A stretch of 64,000 nucleotides of DNA from Octopus vulgaris (Eukaryota): the NCBI GenBank assembly GCA_951406725.2, contig OX597815.1, forward strand, positions 130,572,001-130,636,000. The letters are read 5' to 3'. Below are positions 1-13,003 of this stretch, piece by piece (the stretch's first letter is position 1; the number at the start of each line of letters is the position of its first letter). A program made the position numbers and the translations under genes. Below the pieces are notes generated by a model that was not told the DNA's origin, did no database searches, and saw only the letters and a program-made list of their open reading frames with translations.

Positions 1-80
1 GAGACAGAGTGGAAATGGTGGGGAAAGATGGAGTAGAAGGAAGAGATAGATATATGAAGGAGTAGGAGTGGCCAAATTAC

Positions 81-180
81 CTCTGCATTTTGACATTCTT
101 TGCAAGTTGTTCTGATCCAGCAGGTGTAGCCAAGAATAAATATCCCTGATGATTGAACTGAACATCAGGAGGATCCATAT
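81..180 (-). CDS. FOXRED1: FOXRED1-like FAD-dependent oxidoreductase, exon 3 (gene continues beyond left edge)
   Basis: Splice sites are ctcctcacag|AT...CAGAG|gtaat. The exon encodes (D)MDPPDVQFNHQGYLFLATPAGSEQLAKNVKMQ(R) and joins exon 2 in phase 1. It resembles the FOXRED1 segment PPLDLRFNPSGYLLLAS. Confidence 0.88.
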
Positions 181-548
181 CTGTGAGGAGAGAAGAAAGA
201 AAATGAAAGCATGACCGTAAAACCATGCCCAAACGGACACAAAAGTATGGTGCAGGCTTCTGCTTGGACATCTCCTGTCAAACTGTCCAACCTATGTTGG
301 CATGGAAGGAGGACATTAAATGATAATGACGATTATGATGACTGTGTGGTTATGAAGTGTGTTTGGCAACCAAGCAGTTTCAGGTTCAGTCCCACAGTAC
401 AGCACCATAGGCATGTATCTTCTACCATAGCAGCAAGCTGACAAATGCCCAGAAATTGTATGGAAGCCCATTGTCACTCACCCACTGACATATACACACA
501 TATGTAGTAATGCATTAAAGGATTTATGAATTTCTATTTGAAAGTTTG

Positions 549-1145
549 TGTTATTACTATATGTATTTGCATGTGTGTGTGTGTGTGTCTTCGTATGTAT
601 GATCTTGTGGCTGGTGGTTGTCTACACCACTAGTGCTCAAGCTGATTTGTTAACTGCTAGGAGCTGCATATGCATGCCGATGTTGGGAGTTGACTGTTGG
701 GTGCTGGCTGTTATTTCTAGTGTTGGAGGCCAACAGTTGTACATAGAAGAAAACAATGAAACCTGTTGAGATATTTACAAACTTTATTTCTTGTGAGAGA
801 GTTTAGATGTTATGTAATAATATTCGCAAAGTTACTGAAGACATTGTGTCGAAAGTCACTCTGTATTGTTGCTGCTGATAGTCTATTTGCCATCCATCTA
901 CCTTGTTGTCTCAGCTACATCCCAAAGCTCTCTCTGCTGGTGTCACATGTGTGTGTGTCATCTTATACTGTTTGAGAGGCTCAGAAAGGAAGGCGCCAAA
1001 AGATTATACAACCAATGGAACCTATTCCACATGGAGTCATAATTGGCCAGATTTTGTTGGTCACATGGGTAATATTCTTTCTAGGCGAAGTTGCGATTGG
1101 TCAGATTTGCTGATCTTATGGGCAACATTTTAGTGAATCATAACA
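549..1145 (-). mobile_element. Probable solo LTR (Gypsy-like)
   Basis: Ends are TGTTAT...ATAACA, flanked by a 4-bp direct repeat TTTG (545-548 and 1146-1149). CCAAT-like, TATA-like and AATAAA motifs occur in order on the minus strand. Confidence 0.5.
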
Positions 1146-1186
1146 TTTGTGGTTACTGAATATTTTCATTACAACCTTACACCTCA

Positions 1187-4020
1187 TCATCATCATCATC
1201 ATCATCATCGTTTAACATCCGTTTTCCATGCTAGCATGGGTTGGATGGTTCGACTGAGGTCTGGGAAGCCAGGAGGTTGCACCAGGCTTCAGTCTGATCT
1301 GGTGGAGTTTCTACAGCTGGATGCCCTTCCTAATGCCAACCACTCCGTGAGTGTAGTAGGTGCTTTTTACATTCCACCTGCACAGGGGCCAGAGGAGGCT
1401 GGCAAAGGCCATGATCGATTGGTGCTTTTATGTGCCATCGGCACGGAAGCCAGTCAAGGCGATGCTGGCATCAGCCACGTTCGGATGTTGGTATTTACGT
1501 GCCCCCGGCACGGGTATCACAACTACAATTTCCATTTGATTTTTATTTTGATGTTGATGTACTTGACTCAATAGGTCGCCTCAAGCACAGCAGGTTGCTC
1601 TACGATCCAAGGTAAGTACAGCAGGTCATCCTACGATCCAAGGTACTTTTGAACGGACTGAGGCTGGTTATGTGAAACTGGTGTAGGATAGTATTTGTCG
1701 GGTCTTCGCAGTCACAGCATATCTCCAGAGGTCTTTTGTCATTGACTCTGTGAGGCCCAATGTTCGAAGGTCATGCTTGACCACCTCATCCAATGTCTTT
1801 CTGGGTCTACCTCTACCCCGGATTCCTTCAACTGTTTGGGAGTGGCACTTCTTCACACATCTCTCCTCATCCATCTGTAGTACATGACCATACCAGCACA
1901 AACATCTTTCTTGCATGCCACATCCGATGCTTCTTATGTCCAACATTTCTCTCAAGGCGCTCACACTCTGTCATATGTGCACACTGACATTACACATCCA
2001 GCGGATCATGCTAGCTTCATTTCTTTCGAGCCTATGCATGTCCTCCACAGTCATGGTCCATGTTTTACTGCTTTGAAACAAGGCAGTTTGCACACATGCA
2101 TTGTACAATCTACTTTTCACTCTGAGCGAGAGGCTCTTTGTCACCAGTAGGAGTAGAAGCTTTCTAAACTTATTCTTATTCTAGTGGTAACACATTCTGA
2201 GCATCCACACCCCACTACTAACTTGGTCACCTAGGTAGCAGAGGCTATCAACTACTAGTTTCTCCCCATGGAGTGTGAGGGAATCTGTTTTCTGAGCATC
2301 TGTAGTATTTATTGCCCCTGTGCATCTGCCGCACACGAAAGCTGTCTTCTTGGTTAATTTTCCTTTGATGGTGCTGCACCTCTTATGTGTCCATAGCTTA
2401 CACTGGGTACATCTTATGGAGTTTCTACCTACACCTTTTCTGCAGATCAAGTAGGGCCACCTACCTGGGGAGGGGTGATGAGTTCACCTTCCTACTTACT
2501 AGAACTTTGGTCTTTGCTACATTGACTCTAAGGCCTTTTGTTTCTAAACCTTGCTTCCATACCCGGAATTACTTTTCTCATTCTGGTAGTGATTCTGCTA
2601 TGAGGGCCAGGTCATCAGCATAGAGGAGCTCCCAGGGGCAACCAGTCTTGAATTCTTCTGTTATTGCCTGGAGGACTATGATGAATAAAAGGGGACTGAG
2701 GACTGAACTTTGGTGGACCCCTACTTCTACCTGGAATTCTTCACTGTACTCATTGCCAATCCTAACCTTACTACTGGCCTCTCTGTATAGGGCTTGTACA
2801 GCCCTTATTAACCGTTCATCAATCTCCAGTTTCCGCATCGCCCACCAGATAAGGGATCGGGGGACCCTGTCAAAAGCTTTCTCCAAGTCCACATTTCTCT
2901 CCTGTGATATCACAATTTTCTCTCACACAGTATCTTGCAATCTGAAATACCTCAGTTCTTTGGTCCTTACATCGCTGGACATTGGCAAACTTCTTCTTTT
3001 CCGCTTCACCCTTGGCTATGTATACCTGCTGCCCAGCCTCCCTTTTGGCTACCTGGTACAGTTTCCTGCTACCTTCCAGGCCTGTTTCTTTGTCTAATGG
3101 CTTTGTCCACCATCATGTAACTCTAGGTCTGGAAGGGACATTGCACCATCCGCAGACTTGGTCTGTGGCACTCAGCAAGCTGCTTATAGGAATTTCCAGG
3201 TACCTTCTATGTCCAGTGCCTGTAGCTCCTCCTCCCTCTCATCAAATTTCTTGATGAGGATGTCCCTAAATCTCTGACCATGTGAAGGATCCTTTAGCTT
3301 CCAAATCCTTCTTTTTTGGATTGGTCTGTTTCTTGGTATCCTTCTGGCCTCGAGCCTAAAGTCACTAATGACTAGCCTATGCTGGGGGTACATTCTTCCC
3401 CCAAGAGGGTCTTTGTAATTAAGAGCAACCCTGCGTCCCGCTGTCTGGTAAGGATGAAATCAATCTGGCTAGCAGTGTCCCCCTGATTGATAGGTTATCA
3501 GATGATTGTCTGGCTTCCTGTTACAGATTAAAAGGTTACATGTATCACAGAACTCCAGTAGCCTAGTTCCATCATTGTTCTGGGTGCCAATACCATGGAC
3601 CCTGTGTATCCCAGTGAACATGCCAGATTCCCGCCCAACATGCCCATTAAAATCTCCAGCAACAAAGATGAGGTCTTTACCACTTGTCTTTGAGGTAGCC
3701 TGTAGAAGGGTATCAAAAAAGTGGTCCTTCTGATCATTTGGTAGCCCTGCATGTGGGGGTGTATGCAGAGATAATTGTAGCTGTGCTGTTCTGCAGGACT
3801 AGCCTGAGCTTAAGCACTCTATCGTATACCCTAACAACCTCTATGACTTTATCCACCCATTTCTCCACAAGGAGTATGCCAACACCCCCTACACCATCCA
3901 TGTTACCTTGCCAGAAAACTTTATTCCTATGCGCCTTGCTTGTAAGGACCTTAGTTGAAGCTCCTCTCCATCTTACCTCTTGCATGCAGCATACATCAAC
4001 CCATCTCCTTTCAAGCATCT
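1187..4020 (-). mobile_element. Degraded RTE-clade LINE (APE endonuclease, internally deleted RT, 3' UTR, (GAT)n tail)
   Basis: Fragment ORFs include CCMQEVRWRG (APE), LEKAFDRVPRS...ELLYADDL (RT) and GRGRPRKT. Frameshifts and stops are present. Homologous to 25489-27485. Confidence 0.9.
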
Positions 4021-4636
4021 GTGTATATATATTTACTACTCCTAATATCTTGACAATATTTATGACCACACCTAGCCATGAGCTGTCAGCTCACTCTTGC
4101 CCTTCATTCCAAACAGACACAGTCCTCTAGTCTTAGATTTAGTAGTTGATTAAATGACAAATAAATTAGAAATGAACCACAATCCTTTACAAGCTATGAC
4201 CCCAGTAAGCTTTATGCTTTTCTTGGAAGTGTAGTCTATTCTTAGCTACAATAGTGACAACATAGATTTCTTCCATCTTCTTGCCCTGTTAAAGTATTTG
4301 AGAAAAATTATATTAATGTGTCTAACTGATTAAAATTCTATTTATTTGTGCAACTGATGATAGCCCTGCATTTAAATTGATGTAATGATTGCTTGAAATG
4401 GTCGTGCTGCATCACTTCTTGATATCCTGTTGCTTATTTTGATATATATATATGTATTTATGAGCATGTCTGAGTCCATTTCAGTGTGCATTTGTGTGTG
4501 TGTGTGTGTGCATGCGTGCATGTGTATGTGCATACATGTTATCCATCAACATCTTCATAAACTGACATTGCATCAATGCTTAAAGATGCCAGCAGTTAAT
4601 AGATAAAAAAGAAAGATCAGAAATGTTGTCACTCAC

Positions 4637-4766
4637 CTAAAACACTTAAATATTGCTTGATATTTCGAAGGAATTGTGAAGTAAACATTGAAAGCTTCAC
4701 ATTCTCAGGTAAAGAAAACTGGTGACGTAGTCCCCCACAGGACAATGCACTGGCAGCTCTTGTGTA
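4637..4766 (-). CDS. FOXRED1: FOXRED1-like, exon 2
   Basis: Splice sites are ttttag|TAC...TTAG|gtgagt. The exon encodes YTRAASALSCGGLRHQFSLPENVKLSMFTSQFLRNIKQYLSVL and continues in phase 0 from exon 1. It matches the FOXRED1 [22 protein letters not shown] motif. Confidence 0.9.
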
Positions 4767-5548
4767 CTAAAAGTAAAAGAAAACATACAAATTACAGTCT
4801 TTATAGAGATTACAGGAAATTTTGTCATGGACATTTTTGCCAGAGAAAAATGAAACATGAGAAATTTCATTTTAGAAAAACTCACTGTAAAACAAAATAT
4901 ATCTGCAGCTAAAAGTATATTATTTGTGAAGCATTGTATGGGATTCTGATGCGTTTTAAATAACCTCACCGCATTATTTTAATGTTTGTTCTTGAAGAAT
5001 GAGTAACCTATTTAATGCTTTATAAAACCTTTTATCATCATTTTTTAATGTTAAAATGCTGATATAACAGGTTTAATCATTGCCCATGTGGCGAATATAC
5101 CTGATGGAAAATTTTCTTACAGCAAAAATGTTTACAGCAAATTTCCTGGACACACTTTATAGAAAACCCAGAAAGCAAGGAGGCAGTTAGAAAAGTAGTC
5201 AGTAACAGGTGGGTCCCTGGGATGTTCTCAGAGGGCTTCAGACCTTTTCTATTTGTGGGCCATTAAGCAGTTGGCATACTTTTAGGTCATCTTCAATGTC
5301 GTTTAATATTTGCTTATACAGGTATAGGCATGTCTGGGTGGTTAAGAGGTTTATTTCTCAACCAAGTGGTTTCGGGTTCAGTCTCACTGAATGACACCTT
5401 GGACAAGTGTTTTCTACTATAGCTTAAGGTTTGTGAGTGGAGATTTGGAAGATGAAAACTGAAAAACTTGTTGGAGCCTGTCAAACTGTTCAACCCATGT
5501 CAGCATGGAAATATGGATATTAAATGATGATGATTTTATATATATACA

Positions 5549-5591
<43 letters not shown>

Positions 5592-5795
5592 ATACCATAA
5601 TGATATCAGTAGGGCAGCTGATGATGGAGAACACCTAGCATCATAACAGCATAATTTTGAAATATCTATAAAACTGTCAAAAGCTTGTTTATTTTTATGG
5701 TTTTTGATTTATTATTAGTGTTGCTTAATATGCTTTGCTAAAATTACTGTTACTTTTCAGATATTATTAGAAAAAGATAATTAAAATTCATTAAA

Positions 5796-6896
5796 ATGAC
5801 AGATCTATCGGACTTTCAAAGAGGTCAAATTGTTGGTGCTCGTATGGCAGGCACTAGTGTAATGAAAACAGCTGAAATGTTTGGTGTATCAAGTGTATCA
5901 AGAAGTACTGTCTTGAAAGTAATGACAGCCTTTGAGAAAGAGGAGAAAACCTTCTCGGCGAAACAAAACTCCAGAAGAAAACCAAAACTTTCAGGTAGGG
6001 ACTGTCAGACTCTTATGCGAATTGTTAGAAAGGATCACAAAAGTACAACTCCCAAAATTACTGCAGAGCTTAATGACAACCTCAAGAACCCAGTTTCCAC
6101 AAAAACTGTCTGCTGGGAGCTGAACAAAGTCGAATTTCACAGGGTGGGGTGGGGCTGCTATCTGAAAACCACTACTTTCAAAAACAAATGTTGCAAAGCA
6201 TTTAGAGTGGAGTAAAAACCTACAGAATTGGTCCTTAGAGCAGTGGAAGAATGTTATTTTCTCAGACAAGTCATCCTTTAACTTATTTCCAACCATCAGC
6301 CAAGTATACGTGTGGAGACAGCCAAAAGAAGCATCTGACCCAGACTGCCTTCTTTCAACTATTAAACATAGAAGAGGATCTGTGATGATCTGCGGTGCTA
6401 TATCTTGGAAATCTGCCAGCCCAATGGTTTCCCTTCATGGCAGAATTAATAGTCAAGACTATTTAAGCATTTTATCTATCAAATTCATCCTATGGTTGTG
6501 GAACTGTTCCCAGAGGGAAACACAATCTTTCAGGATGATAATACACCAATTCACACAGCTAAAGTTGTTAGTGAATGGCACGAGGAACATTTTAGTGAAG
6601 TTGAACATCTTATCTGGCCACCACAGTCCCCAGATCTCAATATTATTGAACATTTATGGTGCATTTTAGAAAAACAAGTAAGGAGTCAATATCCTCCACC
6701 ATCATCACTATGAGGACTGGAGACTGTTTCAGCTGAAGGATGGACAAAAATTCCTTTGGAAACAATTCAAACTTTGTATGAGTTCATACCCCATAGAATT
6801 TAAGCTGTAATTACTGCTAAAGGTGGTCCTACCCCATATTAAAATAAATTTGTTTGAAATTTTAAGTTGTTTCCATTATTTTGTCCAACCCCTGTA
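5796..6896 (+). mobile_element. Degenerate Tc1-family transposon with DD36E spacing; right TIR ends ...TCCAACCCCTG-TA
   Basis: Motifs: LSDFQRGQIVGARMAG (HTH), FSDKS, FQDDNTPIH, WPPQSPDLNIIEHLW. Stops and frameshifts are present, and the left TIR was not seen. Confidence 0.88.
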
Positions 6897-6899
6897 TAT

Positions 6900-7490
6900 C
6901 ATCATCATCATCATCATCATTTAACGTCCGCTTTCCATGCTAGCATGGGTTGGACGGTTCAACTGGGGTCTGGGGAGCCAGAAGGCTGCACCAGGCCAGT
7001 CAGATCTGGCAGTGTTTCTACAGCTGGATGCCCTTCCTAACGCCAACCACTCCGAGAGTGTAGTGGGTGATTTTATGTGCCACCGACACAGGTGCCAGAC
7101 GAGGCTGGCGAACGGCCACGCTCGGATGGTGTTTTTTATGTGCCACCGACACAGGTGCCAGACGAGGCTGGCAGACGGCCACGCTCGGATGGTGTTTTTA
7201 TGTGCCACCGACACAGGTGCTAGATGAGGCTGGCGAACGGCCACGATCGGATGGTGTTTGTTACGTGCCCACAGCATGGAGGCCAGTCGATGCGGTACTG
7301 GCTACGGCCACGTTCGGATGGTTTTCTTGTGTGCCACAAAGATACAAATTCCATTGATGTTCATCTATTTTGATTTGTTTTGATTTTCACTTGCCTCAAC
7401 AGGTCTTCACAAGTGTCACAAGAAGGAAGGTATGCACAGGTGGACTGACTACGTCCCAGGTAGGGGCCACGGGTTATGGCCTGACTAGTC
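6900..7490 (-). repeat. 5'-truncated RTE 3' end with internal ~64-bp tandem units. Similar tails at ~15650-15960, 17700-18198, 32070-32413, 33740-34870, 45260-45990 and 48600-48795.
   Basis: Shares gttggcgttaggaagggcatccagc and aaccgtccaacccatgctagcatggaaa...(gat)n with the RTE 3' UTR at 26884-27485. Confidence 0.85.
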
Positions 7491-7496
7491 ATATTT

Positions 7497-7878
7497 CTTT
7501 TTCTTTCTTTTTACTTGTTTCAGTCATTTGACTGTGGCCATGCTGGAGCACCGCCTTTAGTCGAGCAAATCGACCCCAGGACTTAGTCTTTGGAAGCCTA
7601 GTACTTATTCTATCGGTCTCTTTTGCCGAACCGCTAAGTTACAGGGACGTAAACACATCAACATCGGTTGTCAAGCGATGTGGGGGGAGGGGGACAAACA
7701 CACACACATATATATACGTCAGGCTTCTTTCAGTTTCCGACTACCAAATCCACTCACAAAGCTTTGGTCGGCCCGAGGCTATAGTAGAAGACACTTGCCC
7801 AAGATGCCACGCAGTGGGACTGAACCCGGAGCCATGTGGTTGGTAAGCAAGCTACTTACCACACAACCACTCCTGCGC
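7497..7878 (-). repeat. tRNA-derived SINE. Other copies at ~16900-17310, 18670-19050, 19240-19790, 20620-21015, 21972-22372, 36282-37020, 42310-42480, 49660-49825 and 54395-54720.
   Basis: A-box/B-box head ggagtggctgtgtggtaag...ggttcagtccca, a shared body, and the tail gtcaaatgactgaaacaag(taaaaga)n. Confidence 0.85.
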
Positions 7879-7999
7879 TTATATATATATATGTGTGTGT
7901 ATATATATGCATGTATGTATATATATATATATATATTATATATATATGTACATACATATTTTTAGAAGGTTGATTGTTTTGACCAGTCAGAGAGTGACT

Positions 8000-9550
8000 A
8001 CAGATTTCATACCCATAAGACACTTAGCTGTATAAACAACTCGTCTGGTCAGAGGTACATAACCTCTCAACAACTGCAGGGAGGAAAACATCATAGTCAG
8101 TTTTTTAAACAAAAAATACACCAGGAGCGACCCTACAGGTAGGGTTTCAGGCAGGATGGTGTTGTGCTCCTTATATTTGTTCCAGCCATGGTGGCTCACT
8201 AAGTTGGTGATGTGGTCCTATTAGATGAATGAAGAATGCCAAGCTTGTAACAAGAAACATCTCAAATGAGGACATTGACTACTTTCCTGGAGTTTCAAAA
8301 GCTCCTTGGGTCAAGTGAGTTTTTCAGGATTCTTGCTCTCTCTGCTCAGCTAAGTTTACATTGTTTACTCCTGCTGATATATGACCCCAGTTGTTCAAGG
8401 AGCTTCCATTTAATAATGTATGGTAGCTCTCCTCTTTTAAATACCATAAGTAGTTGGCCAGGGATGTGATGTGCCTCTTGGGTATCCTAAAAGAGAACCT
8501 GTGGCTGTTTAGACACTGCTCAAAGGGACCACCTGTAGAACCGACATATTTCCATGTCTCTGCAATGGATGTGTTACAGCCGCTGTTGTCGCTTTCCTTA
8601 ACACTGGGCTCAAAGTTGTTTCCACAGGTGTTGTTGCTGGAGTCATTGCCATTGCTGCAATTCTTGGATGTGATGCCTGGTGTTGTCATTGCCACTAGTG
8701 TAGCCACCATTGCTGGATGCGTTGTTGGCATTATTGTTGCAGTTGGTATTGCTGCCTCTGCTGCTTAAACACTGCTGCCACTGTCACTGCCATTGTTTTC
8801 GATGGACATGTCATCAGTGCCATTACTACCTATGCTGCTGTTCTGGTTGCCAGAGCTGCTCACCACCTCAGCCTCATACATGACCCCCTCAGCTTTGCAT
8901 CGTCCCCACCTACCAAGCAGTCACTGTATACCCTACATGAACATCCTGCTTCTGCTTGTGGTTTAGTGGTGGTCACTAATATTTTCTTAATGCTGGGCAT
9001 GCAACTAAAAGAGACCCTTCAGTTGTGTCTATTAAACAGATATCTGTATCTATGTGACTGTGTGAAGTGTTTGTCTGCCAATCTAAGGAATATTCTTCCC
9101 ATACAGATCTTGATGTTGAGTGAAAAGGGTGGGCCAAATCAAATGACTTTATAGTGCTGCTTTTCTTTGCAGGTGCTAGGGCCAGGCATGTTGGAGATGC
9201 AGACCTTAATCTCTCTGGAAGCCAGAGCCTCATTGTAATTGGGGGCAGCAGCATCGAAAATCTCTTGATTGGAGGATAGATTCGAAATCCTCTTGCTGAC
9301 ACCCTTTACTTTGTTTTTGAACACGATAGCGGGGGTGGCAGGAGGCTTGGTTCGCTGTAGGTCCAACGTAACATTTAAAAAGTTCACAATGGTAAGGTTG
9401 GTCTCGATTGAAATCTTGAGTCCCATGGAGCTAAGGATGCTAATTAGGTCCTTCCTAAGCCTATCTAGAGTATGTCCATTATCTCCTATAGAGATAGCCT
9501 AAGCGTCATCTCTGTACTGACCAAAGAGGACTGATAGGAACCACTCTTTA
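8000..9550 (-). mobile_element. Penelope-like retroelement remnant (RT plus GIY-YIG endonuclease)
   Basis: GQYRDDA at ~9502-9522, GLKISIETNLTIVNFLNVTLDL (RT) and WKYVGSTGGPF...TSLANYLWYLK (GIY-YIG region). Frameshifted. Confidence 0.8.
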
Positions 9551-10702
9551 AGGTACGTGTGCATGAATATATATATATGCACATACGCACACACATACAT
9601 ATATACATGCATATGTGTATGCGCTGACACGCAAATATTTTGATGAGTTTTAAAGGCATAACCGATGACCAATGTTATTAAGATTAAATATCTATGCTAC
9701 GTTAAACTCCTGATTAGATATTTCACACTTAACCTTCACATGTACATTTGTTTCTATAACTTTACTTATAAAACCATTTCGTTGGCAATATTTCAGTAAC
9801 TTTTACTGATTTGATGGTTTTATGAATATGAAATAATTGAAATGAATGGGTAAATGAAGGATTCGAAATATTAATAATTTGTTTTCTGTAATAATTTCAA
9901 ATATAACCAAGAATGCGTGTAACTGTTTTACGGACAATCATAAAGGAAAAAAGAAACTAAGAGTCCTAAATACATACATAGTAGAGTATAACATCTGTGT
10001 GTTTTTAACATGGAAATGGGATAAGAACAAGGTTAAAAGAGTATGTTGTTTTCATTATAAATTTGTGATTTAATACAACGTATAAAGTATCATTTTTACT
10101 TTTGCTGAGGACTTTCTATCAAATAATGTAGCCGGTTTCGCTTTTGTCGATGCTTTTCAATTATCTAAAGCTTTTAGTTTTGTAAAGGTCCACTATTTGT
10201 GTTCTGTAATTGTTTATTTTATCGATTTGCTGTTCCAATATACAAACATACGGTGATTTGCTTCCAACTAAGCGCATGAGCCAGGCAGTGGTCGGGCACT
10301 GGCCAAAAATTCTTGCATTATATACGAACAATATTTCCTTCATTTCTTGAAGATTCTCATTATTATATCATTATTATCATTAGAATCGTTAACACGCCGT
10401 GATAAATGATTAGTGGTATTTCGCGTGCTTGCATGTTCTGAGTTCAAATTCCACTGAGTTCGACTTTGCTTTTCATTCTTTCGGAGTCGACCAATGGAGT
10501 ACTGGTGTCGATGTAATCGACTTAACCATCCCCCCAAATTCCAGGTCTTGCGCCCATAGTAGAAAGGATTATTAATCCTTTCAGGGTCGATAAAATAAGT
10601 ACCAATCAAATATTGCGGTCGATGTGATTGACTTTCAACCTCCCCTCAGATTCCAGGCTTTGTGCTTTCAGTGGAAAGGATTATTATTATTATTATTATT
10701 AT

Positions 10703-11250
10703 GTGAGAGAGCAGTGCATGCCATCAAAGTGACACTGGGGTAAAATATACGAAGCCCAGTATACCCATCATGACTACCCGTCTGATAAGGGTACATGCAT
10801 CACAAACTATATGTGCGCGACATGGTGATCTCATATCAAGATAAACAGCACATGACCTTGCAGGTGGGGTCCAGTTAGAATTTTCTTCTGGTCGAGTAAC
10901 CCATCTCACTCAAAAGGTCCCTGAATAAGGGTTGTTTAAGGGTGTTGACTGAAACACCCATGTTTCCAGAGGTGAATTATTCAAACCGCTAAGAATCCCT
11001 CTCAACACATGGCTATGATACTCCCCCACTACTTCTGCTCGTGATCAGAGATGCACATATCATCAGCCACTAAGGGACATGCTCAAATGGTTAAGGTCAA
11101 ACAACTGAAAAGCAAATCTGTGGTATTGAGCAGAATATTTGCTGTAGCCCATATTTTATACCAAGACAAAACAATGTACATGATAACACTTCCAATCAGT
11201 TTAAGATCAGATGCCATGAAAGCCACTGCCTGGTACTGCATCAGGGCATT
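10703..11250. repeat. Unclassified GC-richer insertion flanked by (ATT)n tracts
   Basis: Sharp compositional boundaries inside an ATT microsatellite; no coding signal recognised. Confidence 0.4.
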
Positions 11251-12009
11251 TATTATTATTATTACTACTACTACTACTATTATTGCTGTTGTTGATATCG
11301 CTGTTTTGAGAAGATGAAATGAAAAGTTTGCAAATTTGAAAAGAATGCTGAAATTTACAAAAGCGAAAACAGTACGCTATTCTCAATAATTGCTACATTG
11401 AGCACTGTCTTGCACGAACGCATCAGTAATTGAGCATATTAGCGCTTAGAGTGCTACTGATTGAGGCAAGCTCCAGTCGGGCTGAGTTAATAGTCTGGAT
11501 TCGGTTCTTAGTTAAATCTCACTTTAATTACACTACAAATGCTCGTGGGGATGGAAAGTCAGTTTCCTATGCCATATCTTTCTCTCCTATATACAATCAA
11601 TAATATCGTGTAATAAATAATAATAAACAACTTCGATCCGAAATTTGGTCGTAAAAATTCCACTTCACTTTTGCCGTACCCTGACGTAGATATCCAAGTC
11701 GGTTCCCTTGGTAATATATACGTAAAATACTACAGTATCAAGCATCACAAAATTCACTGGATACGGGAGGCTATTTTCATTGACAGGTGCATTAGATAAC
11801 TCTGTTACATACGTACATAAATACATACATTACTTATAGTATAATGTTTTGCTTTCTGTAATTCGGTGTTTTAATTTTTTAAATGGTGATGGGCCACCTA
11901 GTAAATACTCCTCTATAACCGACACTTTAGCTGTGAATTCTTAAAAAAAAAAACAAGTGACATGATCCCAATATACCCAACAAATCAAACAAAAAAAATC
12001 AATTCTTAC

Positions 12010-12300
12010 CGATGGATCTCTTTCAACAACAGTAATTTCATAGGCTTTCGGATTTCTTTGTTTGAGCCAATAAGCCACAGACGATCCCATAAGCCCACCC
12101 CCAATGATAACAATATCAGATTCTCGGGGTACTTTCTGCTCCGGTATTTCCAAATTACCATCTTTAATCGATTTAAATTCGTCCTTCAAGATCTTCCACG
12201 GCGATCTATGACTTCCCGCAGCAGAAAAATGTGGTACTGGAGGCTTGTTGCCGTTTTTAGTGCTGCAGTAACACCTTACAAGTAATTTTCGAGCGAACAT
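12010..12300 (-). CDS. FOXRED1: FOXRED1-like, exon 1 (mitochondrial-presequence-like N-terminus plus GxGxxG FAD-binding motif)
   Basis: ATG at 12300. Encodes MFARKLLVRCYCSTK...DIVIIGGGLMGSSVAYWLK...ITVVERDPS, then the donor TCG|gtaag. Length is 291 nt, phase 0. Confidence 0.9.
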
Positions 12301-13003
12301 CTTAAGTTCTGGTCGCTTTTTAATTGCTTGTGTTTATGCACGTTCTCAATACGCCTTCAACTTTGTAACGCTTAACTTTGATAAGATGAAGAGAACTGTT
12401 GACTAGCTGATTTTCGTAATCAGGGTGATTCGCTTGACGTTGATTAAATTCATGAGTGGTACTTGTGAGAGTAATGAAAAATACTTCCAATCAATGAAAA
12501 ATAAATAACACAGCGTGGCGAGCACCGGTTAGGTAGAGTTACGCAAAGAGTTCACACACCACAAGTTAGGGAGAGTTACGCAAAGAGTTCACACAATCAC
12601 AACGTCCTCTAAACAACGATGGAGCCTCTACGTGGTCTCTGGCTCTGCTAGAAACAACAGCTAAATCTCTTTAAAATTACACCATACCATATTATGATTT
12701 CAGAATCTAGATACACTGTATTTGAAAAAAAAAAAAAAAGAAATCAAGATCGTTACATCAGGAATGTCTCGATCATGGGTCTACTTGATCGGAGATGACG
12801 AAGACCGTCGCCTGCGCCACCACCGCCAACGATAATAAAAACAAAATTAATAACAACAACTGAATTATAAACATAAAAATTGAATAAAATATGAAAAAAA
12901 AAATTTGAAAACGTCTTTAAATTTTATTAGAGCAATACAATAGATTGTTTAGTCTTTTTTTAATATCGGAACTATATTTGACTCCACACCGTACTAAACA
13001 GAT
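12301..13003. promoter_or_regulatory. Probable bidirectional promoter between FOXRED1-like and AAMP-like genes
   Basis: The divergent ATGs are 703 bp apart, and the region is visibly richer in CpG than the surrounding introns. Confidence 0.65.

Noticed and set aside
5615-5680. CTGATGATGGA motif (similar string at 21545)
   Set aside because: No convincing stem II/GAAA/stem I arrangement could be built.
10120-10170. Minus-strand TTGAAAA-GC...GC-GAAACCGG hammerhead-like string
   Set aside because: Stem II is only 2 bp, there is no stem I pairing and the UH site is misplaced.
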